From positions 2,368,001-2,432,000 of the forward strand of contig CAVUAK010000001.1 in the NCBI GenBank assembly GCA_963739455.1: a DNA stretch of 64,000 bases, given 5' to 3'. A program made the position numbers and the translations under genes. The notes beneath the pieces are model-generated. The model was given only the letters and a program-made list of their open reading frames with translations, was not told where the DNA came from and did no database searches. Positions 21,195 through 31,389 of the stretch are shown one piece after another (the first letter of the stretch is position 1; each line of letters starts with the position of its first letter). Source of the DNA: an uncultured Gemmatimonadales bacterium. Lineage in GTDB: Bacteria > Gemmatimonadota > Gemmatimonadetes > Gemmatimonadales > GWC2-71-9.

Positions 21195-22322
21195 ATGAAG
21201 ATCGGGATTACTTGTTATCCAACGTATGGCGGATCTGGTGCGCTTGCCACAGAGCTCGGTCTCGAGCTCGCTCGGCGGGGGCACGAGGTGCACTTCATCA
21301 CCTATGCCTCACCGTTCCGGCTCCGGGGTTACGCCGAGCGGGTCTACTTCCATGAAGTAGAAACGACGATGGGGCGGTATCCGCTGTTCGAGCACTATCC
21401 GTACACGCTGGCACTGGCGTCGAAGCAGCATGAGGTGGCGCTGCGGGAGAAGCTGGACCTGCTGCACGTACACTATGCCATTCCACATGCGACGACGGCG
21501 TGGCTGGCGCGGGCGATGCTGCAGGGCGAGGGGCAGAAGCTCAAGGTGATCACGACGCTGCATGGCACCGACATCACGCTCGTGGGGCAGGAGGCGAGCT
21601 TCTACGCCATCACCAAGTTCTCCATCGAGCAGTCGGACATGGTCACGGCGGTGTCGGCGTACCTGCGGGACGAGACGTATCGCGCGTTCGGGTGCGTGAG
21701 CTGTGACGTGAAGGTCATCCCCAATTTCGTGAACCTCGCGGAGTATCACCCGGACCCGGCGCGACACTGGGAGGGGCTGGCACCGGCGGAGCACCGGCGG
21801 ATCATGCATGTCTCCAACTTCCGCGAAGTGAAGCGGGTGAAGGATGTCATCCGGGTCTTTGCGCGGATCCGGCGGGCGATGCCGGCGACGCTGGCGATGG
21901 TGGGCGATGGTCCGGAGCGGCCAGACGCGGAGTCGGAGGCGAAGGAGCTGGGGGTGGCGGAGGACGTGAAGTTCACCGGGCGGCTCGACTCGGTGGCGAC
22001 GCTGCTGCAGGGATGCGAGCTCTTCCTGCTGCCGTCCACTACCGAGAGCTTCGGGCTCGCGGCGCTGGAAGCGATGGCGTGCGGTGCCGTGGTGGTGGCG
22101 ACGCGTGTGGGCGGCCTGCCCGAGGTCATCGATGACGGAGTGAACGGCATCCTCGAGCCGGTGGGCTCGGTGGAAGCGATGGGTCGCCGATCGGTGGACC
22201 TGCTGCGTGAACCGGGAAGCCTCGCGGTGATGCGTGCTGCCGCGATTGCGCGGGCGCGGGAGTTCTCGGCGGACCGGATCGTGCCGATGTACGAGGCGCT
22301 CTACGCCGAAGTGGTCAAGTGA
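21195..22322 (+). CDS. bshA: N-acetyl-alpha-D-glucosaminyl L-malate synthase (bacillithiol pathway)
   Basis: MKIGITCYPTYGGSG..ATELG, HVHYAIPHA, TTLHGTDITLVG, HVSNFR.VKR, ESFGLAALEAMA. Confidence 0.92.
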   Translation: MKIGITCYPTYGGSGALATELGLELARRGHEVHFITYASPFRLRGYAERVYFHEVETTMGRYPLFEHYPYTLALASKQHEVALREKLDLLHVHYAIPHATTAWLARAMLQGEGQKLKVITTLHGTDITLVGQEASFYAITKFSIEQSDMVTAVSAYLRDETYRAFGCVSCDVKVIPNFVNLAEYHPDPARHWEGLAPAEHRRIMHVSNFREVKRVKDVIRVFARIRRAMPATLAMVGDGPERPDAESEAKELGVAEDVKFTGRLDSVATLLQGCELFLLPSTTESFGLAALEAMACGAVVVATRVGGLPEVIDDGVNGILEPVGSVEAMGRRSVDLLREPGSLAVMRAAAIARAREFSADRIVPMYEALYAEVVK

Positions 22323-23137
22323 CGGGACTGGCCGGGGTCAGTGACATCGTCGCGGCGGGGATCCTGGGGCTGGTGGAGGGCGTCACCGAGTTCATCCCGG
22401 TGTCGTCCACCGGTCACCTGATCCTGGCAGGAGAGTGGCTGGGGCGCACGGGCGAGACGTGGAAGACGTTCGAGGTGGTGATCCAGCTCGGCGCCATCCT
22501 CGCCGTGGTGTGGATGTACCGCGAACTGTTCCTGAGCGTGGCGCGCGGACTCGGGCGGACGGCGGCGAGCCGCAAGTTCGTGCTCAACCTGCTTGCCGGA
22601 TTCCTGCCGGCTGCGGTAGTGGGCCTGGCGGCGCGGGACTTCATCAAGGCACACCTGTTCACCGGCAGCAGCGTGGCGTGGGGGTTGATACTCGGCGCGA
22701 TCTACATCCTGGTCATCGAGCGGGTGCATCCGCCGACGACGGTAGAGAGCGCCGAGGCGATTCCGCTGCGGACGGCGTTCGGGGTGGGCCTGTTCCAGAT
22801 ACTGGCACTCTTTCCCGGCTTTTCGCGGAGCGGTGCGACGATCATGGGCGCGTACCTGCTCGGCTGCTCGCGGAAGGCGGCGGCGGAGTTCTCGTTCTTC
22901 CTCGCGGTGCCGGTCATGTTCGCGGCGACGGGGCTCGACCTCTACAAGAGCCGTCACCTGCTGACGACGGCGGACCTGCCGATCTTCACCGTCGGCATGG
23001 TGGTGGCCTTCATCAGTGCGCTGCTGGTGCTCAGGGCATTCATCAAGTTTGTCTCCCACCGCAGTTTCGTGCCGTTCGCGCGGTACCGGCTGGCACTGGG
23101 CGCGGTCATCCTGTTCCTCGCGTCGCGCGCGGCGTGA
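22319..23137 (+). CDS. uppP: Undecaprenyl-diphosphatase
   Basis: GLVEGVTEFIPVSSTGHL, VIQLGAILAV, PGFSRSGATI, AAEFSFFL. Confidence 0.95.
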   Translation: MTGLAGVSDIVAAGILGLVEGVTEFIPVSSTGHLILAGEWLGRTGETWKTFEVVIQLGAILAVVWMYRELFLSVARGLGRTAASRKFVLNLLAGFLPAAVVGLAARDFIKAHLFTGSSVAWGLILGAIYILVIERVHPPTTVESAEAIPLRTAFGVGLFQILALFPGFSRSGATIMGAYLLGCSRKAAAEFSFFLAVPVMFAATGLDLYKSRHLLTTADLPIFTVGMVVAFISALLVLRAFIKFVSHRSFVPFARYRLALGAVILFLASRAA

Positions 23138-23826
23138 CGCCGGCGCTGGTGCGGCTCCGCGACTCGGCGTCGACGCAGGATGAGCTGCATCGACTGGCTG
23201 AAGAGGGAGCACCGGCGGGCACGGCGGTGGTAGCGGAGACTCAACATGCGGGCCGAGGCAGTCGCGGGCGCGGATGGGTGTCAGCGCGGGGCGGACTGTG
23301 GCTGAGCGTGCTGTGGCGGGGGCAGCCCGATGTGGCGCAGCTGCTGAGCATTCGCGCCGGGCTCGCGGTGGCAGCACTGCTCGATTCGCTGGGCGGGTTG
23401 CCGCCGGCGCGGCTCAAGTGGCCCAACGACGTCATCGTGGATGACGCGAAGGTGGGCGGCATTCTCTGTGAGGGGCGATGGGGCGGCACGAACGGCTGGG
23501 TCGCGGTAGGGCTTGGCCTCAACGTGACCAACCCGGTGCCGTCGGATGCGAGGTTCCCGCCGGCGTCGCTGTCGCAGTGGAGGCCGGACCTGGATGCGGC
23601 GTCGCTGGCGGCACCGGTGGTGGCGGCGCTGAGCCGTCTCCCGGCAGACCCTGTGCTTTCGGCGGAAGAACTGGAAATGTGGAAGGCGCGCGACTGGCTT
23701 GCGGGGCGAAGGCTGCGCGCGCCGGTGACAGGTGTGATCGGGGGAATGAATGCCACAGGACGTCTCCTTGTTGATACCGACGCTGGCCGCCTCGAACTCG
23801 TGGCGAGCGATGGTATCGAGGTATAG
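23134..23826 (+). CDS. birA: Biotin-[acetyl-CoA-carboxylase] ligase (no HTH)
   Basis: STQD, Q.AGRGSRGRGW.S, KWPND, KVGGILCE, GLGLNV. Confidence 0.88.
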   Translation: MTPALVRLRDSASTQDELHRLAEEGAPAGTAVVAETQHAGRGSRGRGWVSARGGLWLSVLWRGQPDVAQLLSIRAGLAVAALLDSLGGLPPARLKWPNDVIVDDAKVGGILCEGRWGGTNGWVAVGLGLNVTNPVPSDARFPPASLSQWRPDLDAASLAAPVVAALSRLPADPVLSAEELEMWKARDWLAGRRLRAPVTGVIGGMNATGRLLVDTDAGRLELVASDGIEV

Positions 23827-23835
23827 CTTCTCGCC

Positions 23836-24648
23836 ATGCTCCTAGTCCTCGACATCGGCAATACTGAGATCACGGTCGGCCTGTACCGGGGCGACGACCT
23901 CATGTCGCATTGGCGACTGACGACGACGCCGGATCGCACGCCGGATGAGTGGAGTGCCGACCTGGGATCGTTCCTGATGCAGCGGGGCCACTCGCCGAGC
24001 GAGGTGAAGGCGGCGTGCCTGGCCTCGGTGGTGCCGCCAGTGACACGCAGCGTGGCCGATGGGGTGGAGAGTGCGACGGGACAGCGCCCGCATTCGATCA
24101 ACGCGCGCACGCCGCTGCCGCTGACGCTGGACGTGGACGAGCCGTTCGCGGTGGGTGCCGACCGGATCGTGAATATCCTGGGCGCGCTCGACCGGTATCC
24201 GGGCGACAGCATCGTGGTGGACTTCGGCACGGCGACGACGTTCGACTGCGTCACGGCCGACCGGCGGTTCATCGGCGGGTCGATCATGCCGGGGCTTCGC
24301 ACGTCGGCGGATCAGCTGGTACGGAAGGCCGCGAAGCTGACGGCGACAGAGCTCCGGCCGCCGGCGCGAGCGATCGGGCGGACGACGGAGGAGCACATCC
24401 AGGGCGGAGTGTTGTTCGGCGCGGCGGACTCGGTGGATGGGATGGTGCGGAGACTGCGGGCGGAATGGCCGGGAACTACAGACGCGGCGGGGAAGGCGGG
24501 GAGGGCGGGGACTGAAGTCCGCGTAGTCGCGACCGGTGGATTGTCCGTCGTGGTGGCGCCGTTGTGTACGACCGTCGATGTGGTGGACAACGACCTGACG
24601 CTGCACGGCCTCAAGCTCGCCGCCCGGCACGTGGGACTTCGCTGGTGA
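23836..24648 (+). CDS. coaX: Type III pantothenate kinase
   Basis: LDIGNT, SVVP, GADR, VDFGTATTFD, ATGG. Confidence 0.94.
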   Translation: MLLVLDIGNTEITVGLYRGDDLMSHWRLTTTPDRTPDEWSADLGSFLMQRGHSPSEVKAACLASVVPPVTRSVADGVESATGQRPHSINARTPLPLTLDVDEPFAVGADRIVNILGALDRYPGDSIVVDFGTATTFDCVTADRRFIGGSIMPGLRTSADQLVRKAAKLTATELRPPARAIGRTTEEHIQGGVLFGAADSVDGMVRRLRAEWPGTTDAAGKAGRAGTEVRVVATGGLSVVVAPLCTTVDVVDNDLTLHGLKLAARHVGLRW

Positions 24649-25571
24649 GCGCAGGGGATCCTTCCGCGCGGGCGCTGGGATACAAGCTGCTGGGCTCCCG
24701 TTTCGATTACATCCTGCATCTCCGTCCCGCCGAGTGGCCGATCATGGCTGGGCATACGCTGCTGGGCGCGCTGCTGGCGCTGGGGCTGGCGCGTGCGGCA
24801 TCGGGTGAACAGATGGGTGCGGTGCTGCTGGGGCTGGTGCTGTGGGTGGTGGCGCTCAACGGCGGGACGCTCGCGATCAACAGTGCGTTCGACAAGGACG
24901 AGGGAGACGTCGCGTATCTCAGGCGTCCGCCGGAGCCGCCCAGGGGACTGTTCGCATTCGGGCTGGGGCTCATGGTGGTGGGGCTTTTCGTCTCCCTGTT
25001 GCTGCCCCGGATGTACACCTGGCTCTATGTGACGTGCCTGGCGATGTCGGTGCTGTATTCGGTTCCACCGATGCGGCTCAAGGCGGTGGCGGGTGCGGAC
25101 TGGCTGATCAACCTGCTTGGGTTCGGCACGCTGACACCGCTGGCGGGGTGGGCGAGCACGGGTGAGGCGCTGACGGTGTGGGGCTGGTTCATCGTGTGGG
25201 GATTCGGGGCGCTATTTGCGGGGTTCTATCCGCTGACGCAGCTCTATCAGTTCGATGAGGATGAACGGCGCGGGGACCGGACGTTTGCGCTGCTGCTGGG
25301 AAAGCGGCGGAGCATGGCGGTGGCGATCGGGTGCGTGGTGGTGGCGTTCGGGCTGTTCGTGGCGGCGGCGAGCTCGGCGGGGTGGACGCCGGGAGATGTG
25401 TGGAGGTGGTCGGCGCTGGCGGTTGCGTTTGTGGTGTGGATGGCGCTGCTGGTGCCTTGGTACAGGGCGGCGCGGGAGTGGGAAGCGGCGCAGCACCAGC
25501 GGGGGATGTATCTCGCGCTGGGGGCGTGGGCCCTGACGGACGTTGTGATCTTGTTTGGATGGGCGAGGTGA
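24645..25571 (+). CDS. UbiA-family prenyltransferase
   Basis: Multi-TM; NSAFDKDEGD, YSVPP.RLK, QFDEDERRGDRT Asp-rich motifs. Confidence 0.82.
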   Translation: MSAGDPSARALGYKLLGSRFDYILHLRPAEWPIMAGHTLLGALLALGLARAASGEQMGAVLLGLVLWVVALNGGTLAINSAFDKDEGDVAYLRRPPEPPRGLFAFGLGLMVVGLFVSLLLPRMYTWLYVTCLAMSVLYSVPPMRLKAVAGADWLINLLGFGTLTPLAGWASTGEALTVWGWFIVWGFGALFAGFYPLTQLYQFDEDERRGDRTFALLLGKRRSMAVAIGCVVVAFGLFVAAASSAGWTPGDVWRWSALAVAFVVWMALLVPWYRAAREWEAAQHQRGMYLALGAWALTDVVILFGWAR

Positions 25572-26326
25572 CGAGTCCGAGAATCGCGGTGCTGGGCGCG
25601 GCGCGGAACATCGAGCCGTATGTCGAACCGGTGATGCAGAACTTCCGCGCCATTCGCTCCCGGTTTCCGGAGAGCGAATTCTTCATTGTGGAGAGCGACA
25701 GCAGCGACCGCTGCCTCAAGATGCTGCGCAACCACGCGAAGACGTTCCCGGGGCTGCATATCCACAGCCTCGGTCACCTTCGGTGGCGAGTGTGGGGTGG
25801 GCGCATGGCCCGGCTGGCGGTCGCCCGGAACCATGCGTATTCACTGGTGCGGGGGAAGCCGTTCGACTTCATCGTGTGGATGGACATGGACGACGTGGTC
25901 GAGTCGCCGCTGGACCCTGCGATCCTGGATGCTCGGCTGACGGCCCCGGAAGGCTGGGCGATGCTGACCGCGACCAAGAAGGGCCGGTACTACGACATCT
26001 GGGCGCTCCGTCACCCGACCATCTGCCAGTTCGACTGCATCAGGGAGCTCTCGAAGTTCCCTCCGGGAGACGAGGCGGCACGGGAGCGCTTCATCCTGGC
26101 CCCGGAGCGGCAGGTGCTGGCGGCGCTGGAGACGTCGCGGTTCCTGGAGGTGGAGTCGGCGTTCGGGGGGCTGGCCATCGTGCGGAACGACCTGGACCTG
26201 GGCCCGAAGCCGTTTGTCGGGCTCGACGCGGACCGGAAGCAGATCATCGAGTGGACGTCGTGGTGCGGCCGGCTCAGGGCCCTGGGCGGGCGGGTGTTCA
26301 TCGACCGGGAATTGCGGATCGGGTGA
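25568..26326 (+). CDS. Putative GT-A-fold glycosyltransferase
   Basis: GAARN, ESDSSD, RLAVARN, DMDD (DxD), YYDIWALR, V.SAFGGLA. Confidence 0.68.
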   Translation: MTSPRIAVLGAARNIEPYVEPVMQNFRAIRSRFPESEFFIVESDSSDRCLKMLRNHAKTFPGLHIHSLGHLRWRVWGGRMARLAVARNHAYSLVRGKPFDFIVWMDMDDVVESPLDPAILDARLTAPEGWAMLTATKKGRYYDIWALRHPTICQFDCIRELSKFPPGDEAARERFILAPERQVLAALETSRFLEVESAFGGLAIVRNDLDLGPKPFVGLDADRKQIIEWTSWCGRLRALGGRVFIDRELRIG

Positions 26327-26401
26327 GGTCCCGGGGGCGCTTGGCGGCGGGTGGCGGAGCGGGCTAAGTTCATGGAGCTAAACCCCTACCATGGAGTCGG
26401 C

Positions 26402-27028
26402 ATGAGTTCGGCTGTCGAGCTGGAGCGCGACATCGATCGGACGGATCTCCCCTGGGTGGTGCGCGGGGCGGTCAAGATCGGGCTGGTCACGGCCATCGCG
26501 GTGCTGCTGTACTCGCTCGTCTCCCGCTTCGCGAACGGCGTGGTGGAGAGCGTCCTCAAGGTGCTCATCATCGCGGCGGGGACGTACCTGGTGACGTTCC
26601 TGCCGGGGCTGTGGACCAAGGCGCGGACGATCGAGGGGATCGCGGGGGCGGCTGGGATCGGCCTCGCGGCGACGGTGGTGTTCCTGCTCATCGACGTGAC
26701 GCTGCTGCAGACGATCGGGACGTACACCAACCGGTGGCGGCAGATCGGCGGCGGGTCCAACTGGTGGTATCACCCGATATGGTGGATGGTGGGCACGTTC
26801 CTGCCGTGGATGGGCGCGTTCATGATCGCGAACCAGGCGGCGCGGGGTGCGGTGTCGGTGACCAAGGCCGCCGGGCTGGTGACGGTGGCGACGCTGGTGC
26901 TGGGCGCGCTGGCCGTGGTGCTGCATGTGCCGTACGCGGAGTGGAGCGTGCCGACGTTCGGGGTGGCGATCATTCCCGCCCTGGCCGTGGCGACCGCCAT
27001 TACAGGGCTGGGTCAGCGCCGCGCCTGA
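26402..27028 (+). CDS. Hypothetical multi-pass membrane protein
   Basis: About 6 hydrophobic segments; GGAG RBS. Confidence 0.72.
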   Translation: MSSAVELERDIDRTDLPWVVRGAVKIGLVTAIAVLLYSLVSRFANGVVESVLKVLIIAAGTYLVTFLPGLWTKARTIEGIAGAAGIGLAATVVFLLIDVTLLQTIGTYTNRWRQIGGGSNWWYHPIWWMVGTFLPWMGAFMIANQAARGAVSVTKAAGLVTVATLVLGALAVVLHVPYAEWSVPTFGVAIIPALAVATAITGLGQRRA

Positions 27029-27033
27029 GCGGC

Positions 27034-27389
27034 ATGAAGGTTCTCCGGTTCGTTGCACGTCTGTTCGGCTGGCTGCTGACGCCCATCGTGGCGTCAGCAG
27101 CTTCTTTTTTTGGTGCTGTGTGGGCGCGATGATCGCGCGATCGATCGAGGACCCGACGAAGGGGCTGATCGTGAGCGGGGTGTGCGCACTGGTGGCAGCG
27201 GTGGTGGTGACGTGGTTCTGGCTGCAGTGGCTCCGGCTCCGGCCGGAAGTGCGTCATGCGCTGGGCGTGGATGAGACGGGAGCACCGGAGGCGTTTATTC
27301 CGGAGCTGGAGGACGGGGAGGGCGGGGAGGACGGGGAAGGCGGGGAGGGCAAAGCGGGAACAGGGAACAGGGAACAGGGAACAGGATGA
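27034..27389 (+). CDS. Small membrane protein (indel ~27120); tail encoded by tandem repeats
   Basis: MKVLRFVARLFGWLLTP... joins MIARSIEDPTKG...; ends DGEGGEDGEGGEG...GNREQGTG. Confidence 0.6.
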
Positions 27390-27766
27390 TCTGGGGCAAG
27401 GGCGGCTGGCTGTCGCTGGGGCTGCTGGTTGCCACAGGATGCGGCGACAAGGGCGTGGTGAAACCGGTGGGGGTTGTGGCGAGCGCCCCGGTGGCGGAAC
27501 TGGCGCTCAAGATATCCGACACCGTGGCGGTGTGGTTCACGAGGGCCAGGGCGGATACTTCCGCTGATGGCGCGGAGTGCCTGGAGCGGGTGATGGAGAT
27601 TCGTTCCGGAAGCGAAGTGGTGCCGATTCCGCTGTTGTACACGGGCGAGACTCCCACGATCACAAGTGATTCGACGATGCAGGTGCACATCTGGCGGCAC
27701 TGTGCGCCGACGGACTTGTATCGAGTCAACCTGAAAACCGGGCAGCCGACGAGGGCTGCCCCGTGA
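27386..27766 (+). CDS. Hypothetical lipoprotein
   Basis: LLVATGC lipobox-like signal; overlaps neighbours. Confidence 0.65.
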   Translation: MIWGKGGWLSLGLLVATGCGDKGVVKPVGVVASAPVAELALKISDTVAVWFTRARADTSADGAECLERVMEIRSGSEVVPIPLLYTGETPTITSDSTMQVHIWRHCAPTDLYRVNLKTGQPTRAAP

Positions 27767-28299
27767 GGTTGTCGTTGTGGTATGTGCTGGCGCTCATTCC
27801 GGTGGTCGGCTGCAGCAGCAAGCCAGCATCTGTTGCTCCGGTGCCGGAACGGGCAACCGCGGACCAAGCCGCGGCGGAGAAGCAGAGTACGGACCTCCAG
27901 GAGGAAGGGGTGGTATCCGCGGCCCGGCTGGCGATGGGGAAACCCTACCTCTATGGCGGCACGGGGAAGGGTGACACCGGGTACGACTGCTCAGGGTTGA
28001 TCCAGTACGCCTATGCGCAGCAGGGGATCTCGCTGCCGCGCGTGAGCAGGGACCAGGCGATGCAGGGTGTCGCGGTGGAGAAGACTGTCGCTGCGTTGCA
28101 GCGCGGGGATATCCTGACGTTTGCGGGGCAGCCGGGCAGCAAGAAAGTGAGTCATGTCGGCATGTACCTGGGCCAGGGGCGGTTCGTGCATAGTTCGTCG
28201 TCCAAGGGCGTGGCGGAGAGTACGCTGAGCGGGACGGACCCGAACGGTCAGTGGTGGTACGTGCGGTGGGTGGGGGCGAGGAGAGTGATTGGGGAGTAG
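27763..28299 (+). CDS. NlpC/P60 (C40) cell-wall peptidase lipoprotein
   Basis: GKPYLYGG, YDCSGL, LPRVSRDQ, SHVGMY, FVHSS. Confidence 0.93.
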   Translation: MRLSLWYVLALIPVVGCSSKPASVAPVPERATADQAAAEKQSTDLQEEGVVSAARLAMGKPYLYGGTGKGDTGYDCSGLIQYAYAQQGISLPRVSRDQAMQGVAVEKTVAALQRGDILTFAGQPGSKKVSHVGMYLGQGRFVHSSSSKGVAESTLSGTDPNGQWWYVRWVGARRVIGE

Positions 28300-28365
28300 G
28301 CAGTTGAGTCTGCAGTCGGCAGTCGTCAGTCGTCAGTGAGTCGTCAGTCGTGAAGGATCCCGTCG

Positions 28366-28878
28366 ATGACATTCTTTGCCATTTCTGAAGCGGTGCGGAG
28401 TGCGCTCCCCCCACAGGCGCGGGCGTTCGACTTCCTTCAGGGCGAGTGGACGATTCACCACCGGCGGCTCAAGGAGCGCCTCGTGGGGTCGACGGAGTGG
28501 GTCGAGTTCGAGACGCCGTTCGTGCTGGAGCAGATCCTGGGCGGGCTGGGCAACATTGATCAATGTCGCACGCTGCCGCCGGCGCCGTTCTACGAGGGTG
28601 TGTCGCTGCGCTTCTTCGACCGCACCGCCGAGAAGTGGAAGATCTACTGGGTGGACTCGAACACCGGCCAGCTCTGTCCGCCGGTGGAAGGCGTCTTCGA
28701 CGGTGATCGCGCCACGTTTCTCGGTGACGACTCGCATGCCGGTATTCCGGTGCGCGCGCGCTTCCTGTGGGACAAGAGCGATCCCGACGCCCCGACGTGG
28801 CAGCAGGCGTTCTCGGTAGATGGTGGTGAGACGTGGGAGACGAACTGGCACATGGCGTTCCGCCGAGCAGCGCCTTGA
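28366..28878 (+). CDS. DUF1579-like hypothetical protein
   Basis: FDFLQGEW...RRLKERL, W.IYWVD, WQQAFS.DGGETWETNW. Confidence 0.72.
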   Translation: MTFFAISEAVRSALPPQARAFDFLQGEWTIHHRRLKERLVGSTEWVEFETPFVLEQILGGLGNIDQCRTLPPAPFYEGVSLRFFDRTAEKWKIYWVDSNTGQLCPPVEGVFDGDRATFLGDDSHAGIPVRARFLWDKSDPDAPTWQQAFSVDGGETWETNWHMAFRRAAP

Positions 28879-30029
28879 GCCGTTCGCGCGTCGAGTCGGT
28901 CGACCTGGTGCGGGGCGTCATCATGATCCTGATGGCGCTCGATCATACGCGGGACTTCTTCGGCATTCCGGGGCAGAACCCCACTGACATGGCGACGACG
29001 ACACCGGCGCTCTTCTTCACCCGGTGGATCACCCATTTCTGTGCACCGGTGTTCTTCCTCCTGGCCGGTACCGGGGCGTACCTGTCGCTCCGTCGAAAGA
29101 CCAGGGCGGAACTGTCGCGGTTCCTACTGACGCGGGGACTTTGGCTGGTATTCCTCGAGCTCGTGCTGGTCCGCGGCCTGGGCTACCAGTTCAACTTCGA
29201 CTACCGCGTCACCATGCTGCTGGTGCTCTGGGCACTGGGCTGGTCGATGGTGGTGCTGTCGTTCCTGGTGTACCTGCCGACGTGGTTCGTCACCGCCCTC
29301 GGCGTGGTGATGATCGCGGGACACAATCTCCTCGACGGGGTGAAGAGCAGCAATCCGCTCTGGTCGATCCTGCATGCGCCGGGATTCGTGCTGAACACGC
29401 CGGAGCATGTGGTATTCACGGGTTATCCGCTCATTCCGTGGATAGGGGTCATGGCGGCGGGATACGGGCTGGGGCAGGTCTACGAATGGGACGCTGTTCG
29501 GCGGTGCCGTTTCCTGCTGCGCCTGGGGTTGGGGCTGATGCTGGCGTTCGTGGTGCTCCGGTGGCTCAATGTGTACGGCGATCCGTCACCATGGGTGCAG
29601 CAGCCGACCACGACCCAGACGGTATTGTCGTTCCTCAATACCACGAAGTATCCGCCGTCGCTGCTGTTCCTGCTGATGACGCTGGGCCCGGCGATGCTCT
29701 TCCTGCGGGCGGTAGATGGGGGCTTCCCCGCGGTGCTCCGGCCGGCGCTGGTGTTCGGGAAGGTTCCGCTCTTCTACTTCGTGCTGCACTTTGTCCTGAT
29801 CCACCTGCTGGCGGTGGCGACCTGCCTGGTGCGGTACGGCACGGCTCACTGGATGTTCGAGTCGCCCGACTTGGGGAACTACCCGTTCACGGCGCCGCCG
29901 GGGTGGGGGTACTCGCTGCCAGTGGTCTACCTGGTGTGGGCATTTGTAGTACTGGCGATGTATCCGCTCTGTCGCTGGTTCGCCGCGCTCAAGCAAAGAC
30001 GCAACGACGCCTGGCTCAGCTACCTGTAA
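28875..30029 (+). CDS. DUF1624 / HGSNAT-like membrane acyltransferase
   Basis: RVESVDLVRG..MILMALDHTRD, TRWITHFCAPVF, KYPPSL. Confidence 0.85.
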   Translation: MSRSRVESVDLVRGVIMILMALDHTRDFFGIPGQNPTDMATTTPALFFTRWITHFCAPVFFLLAGTGAYLSLRRKTRAELSRFLLTRGLWLVFLELVLVRGLGYQFNFDYRVTMLLVLWALGWSMVVLSFLVYLPTWFVTALGVVMIAGHNLLDGVKSSNPLWSILHAPGFVLNTPEHVVFTGYPLIPWIGVMAAGYGLGQVYEWDAVRRCRFLLRLGLGLMLAFVVLRWLNVYGDPSPWVQQPTTTQTVLSFLNTTKYPPSLLFLLMTLGPAMLFLRAVDGGFPAVLRPALVFGKVPLFYFVLHFVLIHLLAVATCLVRYGTAHWMFESPDLGNYPFTAPPGWGYSLPVVYLVWAFVVLAMYPLCRWFAALKQRRNDAWLSYL

Positions 30030-30071
30030 GCGTCTTCAGGATCAACCTGACCCACGAAGAGGAAGCCTGGC

Positions 30072-31355
30072 ATGCCTACGCTCCGCCCTCTCGACGTCGT
30101 TGCGGTCATCATGGGGGGCGGTGCGGGCACACGCCTCTTCCCGCTCACCAAGGACCGCTCGAAGCCGGCGGTGCCGCTGGGCGGGAAATACCGGCTGGTG
30201 GACATCCCGATCAGCAACTGCATCAACTCCGAACTCCGCCGCATCTTCGTCCTGACCCAGTTCAACAGCAGCTCACTGCACCGGCACATCCAGGATGCGT
30301 ACCGGTTCGACGTCTTCGCGCCGGGGTTCGTGGAGATCCTTGCGGCGCAGCAAACGCCGGATCGGACTGACTGGTACCAGGGCACCGCCGATGCGGTGCG
30401 GCAGAACCTGCGGCAACTGAACAACTATCCGCACAAGCTGGTGCTGATCCTGTCGGGCGACCAGCTCTATCGCATGGATTTCCGGGCAGTGATGGAACAG
30501 CACCTGGAGACGGGCGCCGATGCCACGGTGGCGACGATCCCGGTGGCGCGATCGGAAGCGAGCGGGCTGGGGATCATGCAAGTGGCGAGTGACAAGCGGA
30601 TCACGCGATTCGTGGAGAAGCCGAAGGACGCTGCGAGCCTCGACTCGCTGCGGGTGGACTGGGATGCGCTGGGAGGATCGCTGACCGACGTGAACCCCGA
30701 CTCTCTGCTGGCGTCGATGGGCATCTACGTGTTCAATCGGGAGGTGCTGTCCGAGGCGCTGGCGGGACCGGAGGCGGACTTCGGGAAGCACATAATCCCG
30801 TCTCTCATCGGGTCGAAGAAGGTCTTCGCCTACCTGTACCAGGGTTACTGGGAGGATGTGGGAACGATCCGGTCGTTCTACGAGGCGAACCTCGACCTGT
30901 GCGAGCCGGTGCCCAAGTTCAACTTCTACGATGCGACGGCGCCGATCTTCACGCACGCGCGCTACCTGCCCGGCAGCAAGATCATCAAGTCACGGATCGA
31001 GCGGTCGGTCATTGCCGATGGCTGCGTCATCAATGACGCGGTGATCGAGCATTCACTGATCGGGGTACGGAGCCGAGTGCAGTCGGGGGCGGTGATCCGC
31101 GACTCGCTGCTGATGGGGCAGGACTACTATGACACGCCGGACCGGGACAGCCCGACCGGTGCCCCGCCGATGGGCATCGGGTACGGCAGCGTGATCGAGC
31201 GGACGATCGTGGACAAGAATGCGCGGATCGGGGATGGAGTGCGGATCTCGCCTGATGGGAAGCCGGCGCAGGTGGATGGGCCGAATTTTCACGTGCGGGA
31301 TGGGCTGGTGATCATCCCGAAGAATGCGATTGTACCGAGCGGGACGGTCATTTAA
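30072..31355 (+). CDS. glgC: Glucose-1-phosphate adenylyltransferase
   Basis: GGGAGTRLFPLT..RSKPAVP, WYQGTADAVRQN, FVEKP, YWEDVGTI. Confidence 0.96.
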   Translation: MPTLRPLDVVAVIMGGGAGTRLFPLTKDRSKPAVPLGGKYRLVDIPISNCINSELRRIFVLTQFNSSSLHRHIQDAYRFDVFAPGFVEILAAQQTPDRTDWYQGTADAVRQNLRQLNNYPHKLVLILSGDQLYRMDFRAVMEQHLETGADATVATIPVARSEASGLGIMQVASDKRITRFVEKPKDAASLDSLRVDWDALGGSLTDVNPDSLLASMGIYVFNREVLSEALAGPEADFGKHIIPSLIGSKKVFAYLYQGYWEDVGTIRSFYEANLDLCEPVPKFNFYDATAPIFTHARYLPGSKIIKSRIERSVIADGCVINDAVIEHSLIGVRSRVQSGAVIRDSLLMGQDYYDTPDRDSPTGAPPMGIGYGSVIERTIVDKNARIGDGVRISPDGKPAQVDGPNFHVRDGLVIIPKNAIVPSGTVI

Positions 31356-31389
31356 CTGCGGGAACAGGGAACAGGGAGCCGCCTTCCCG

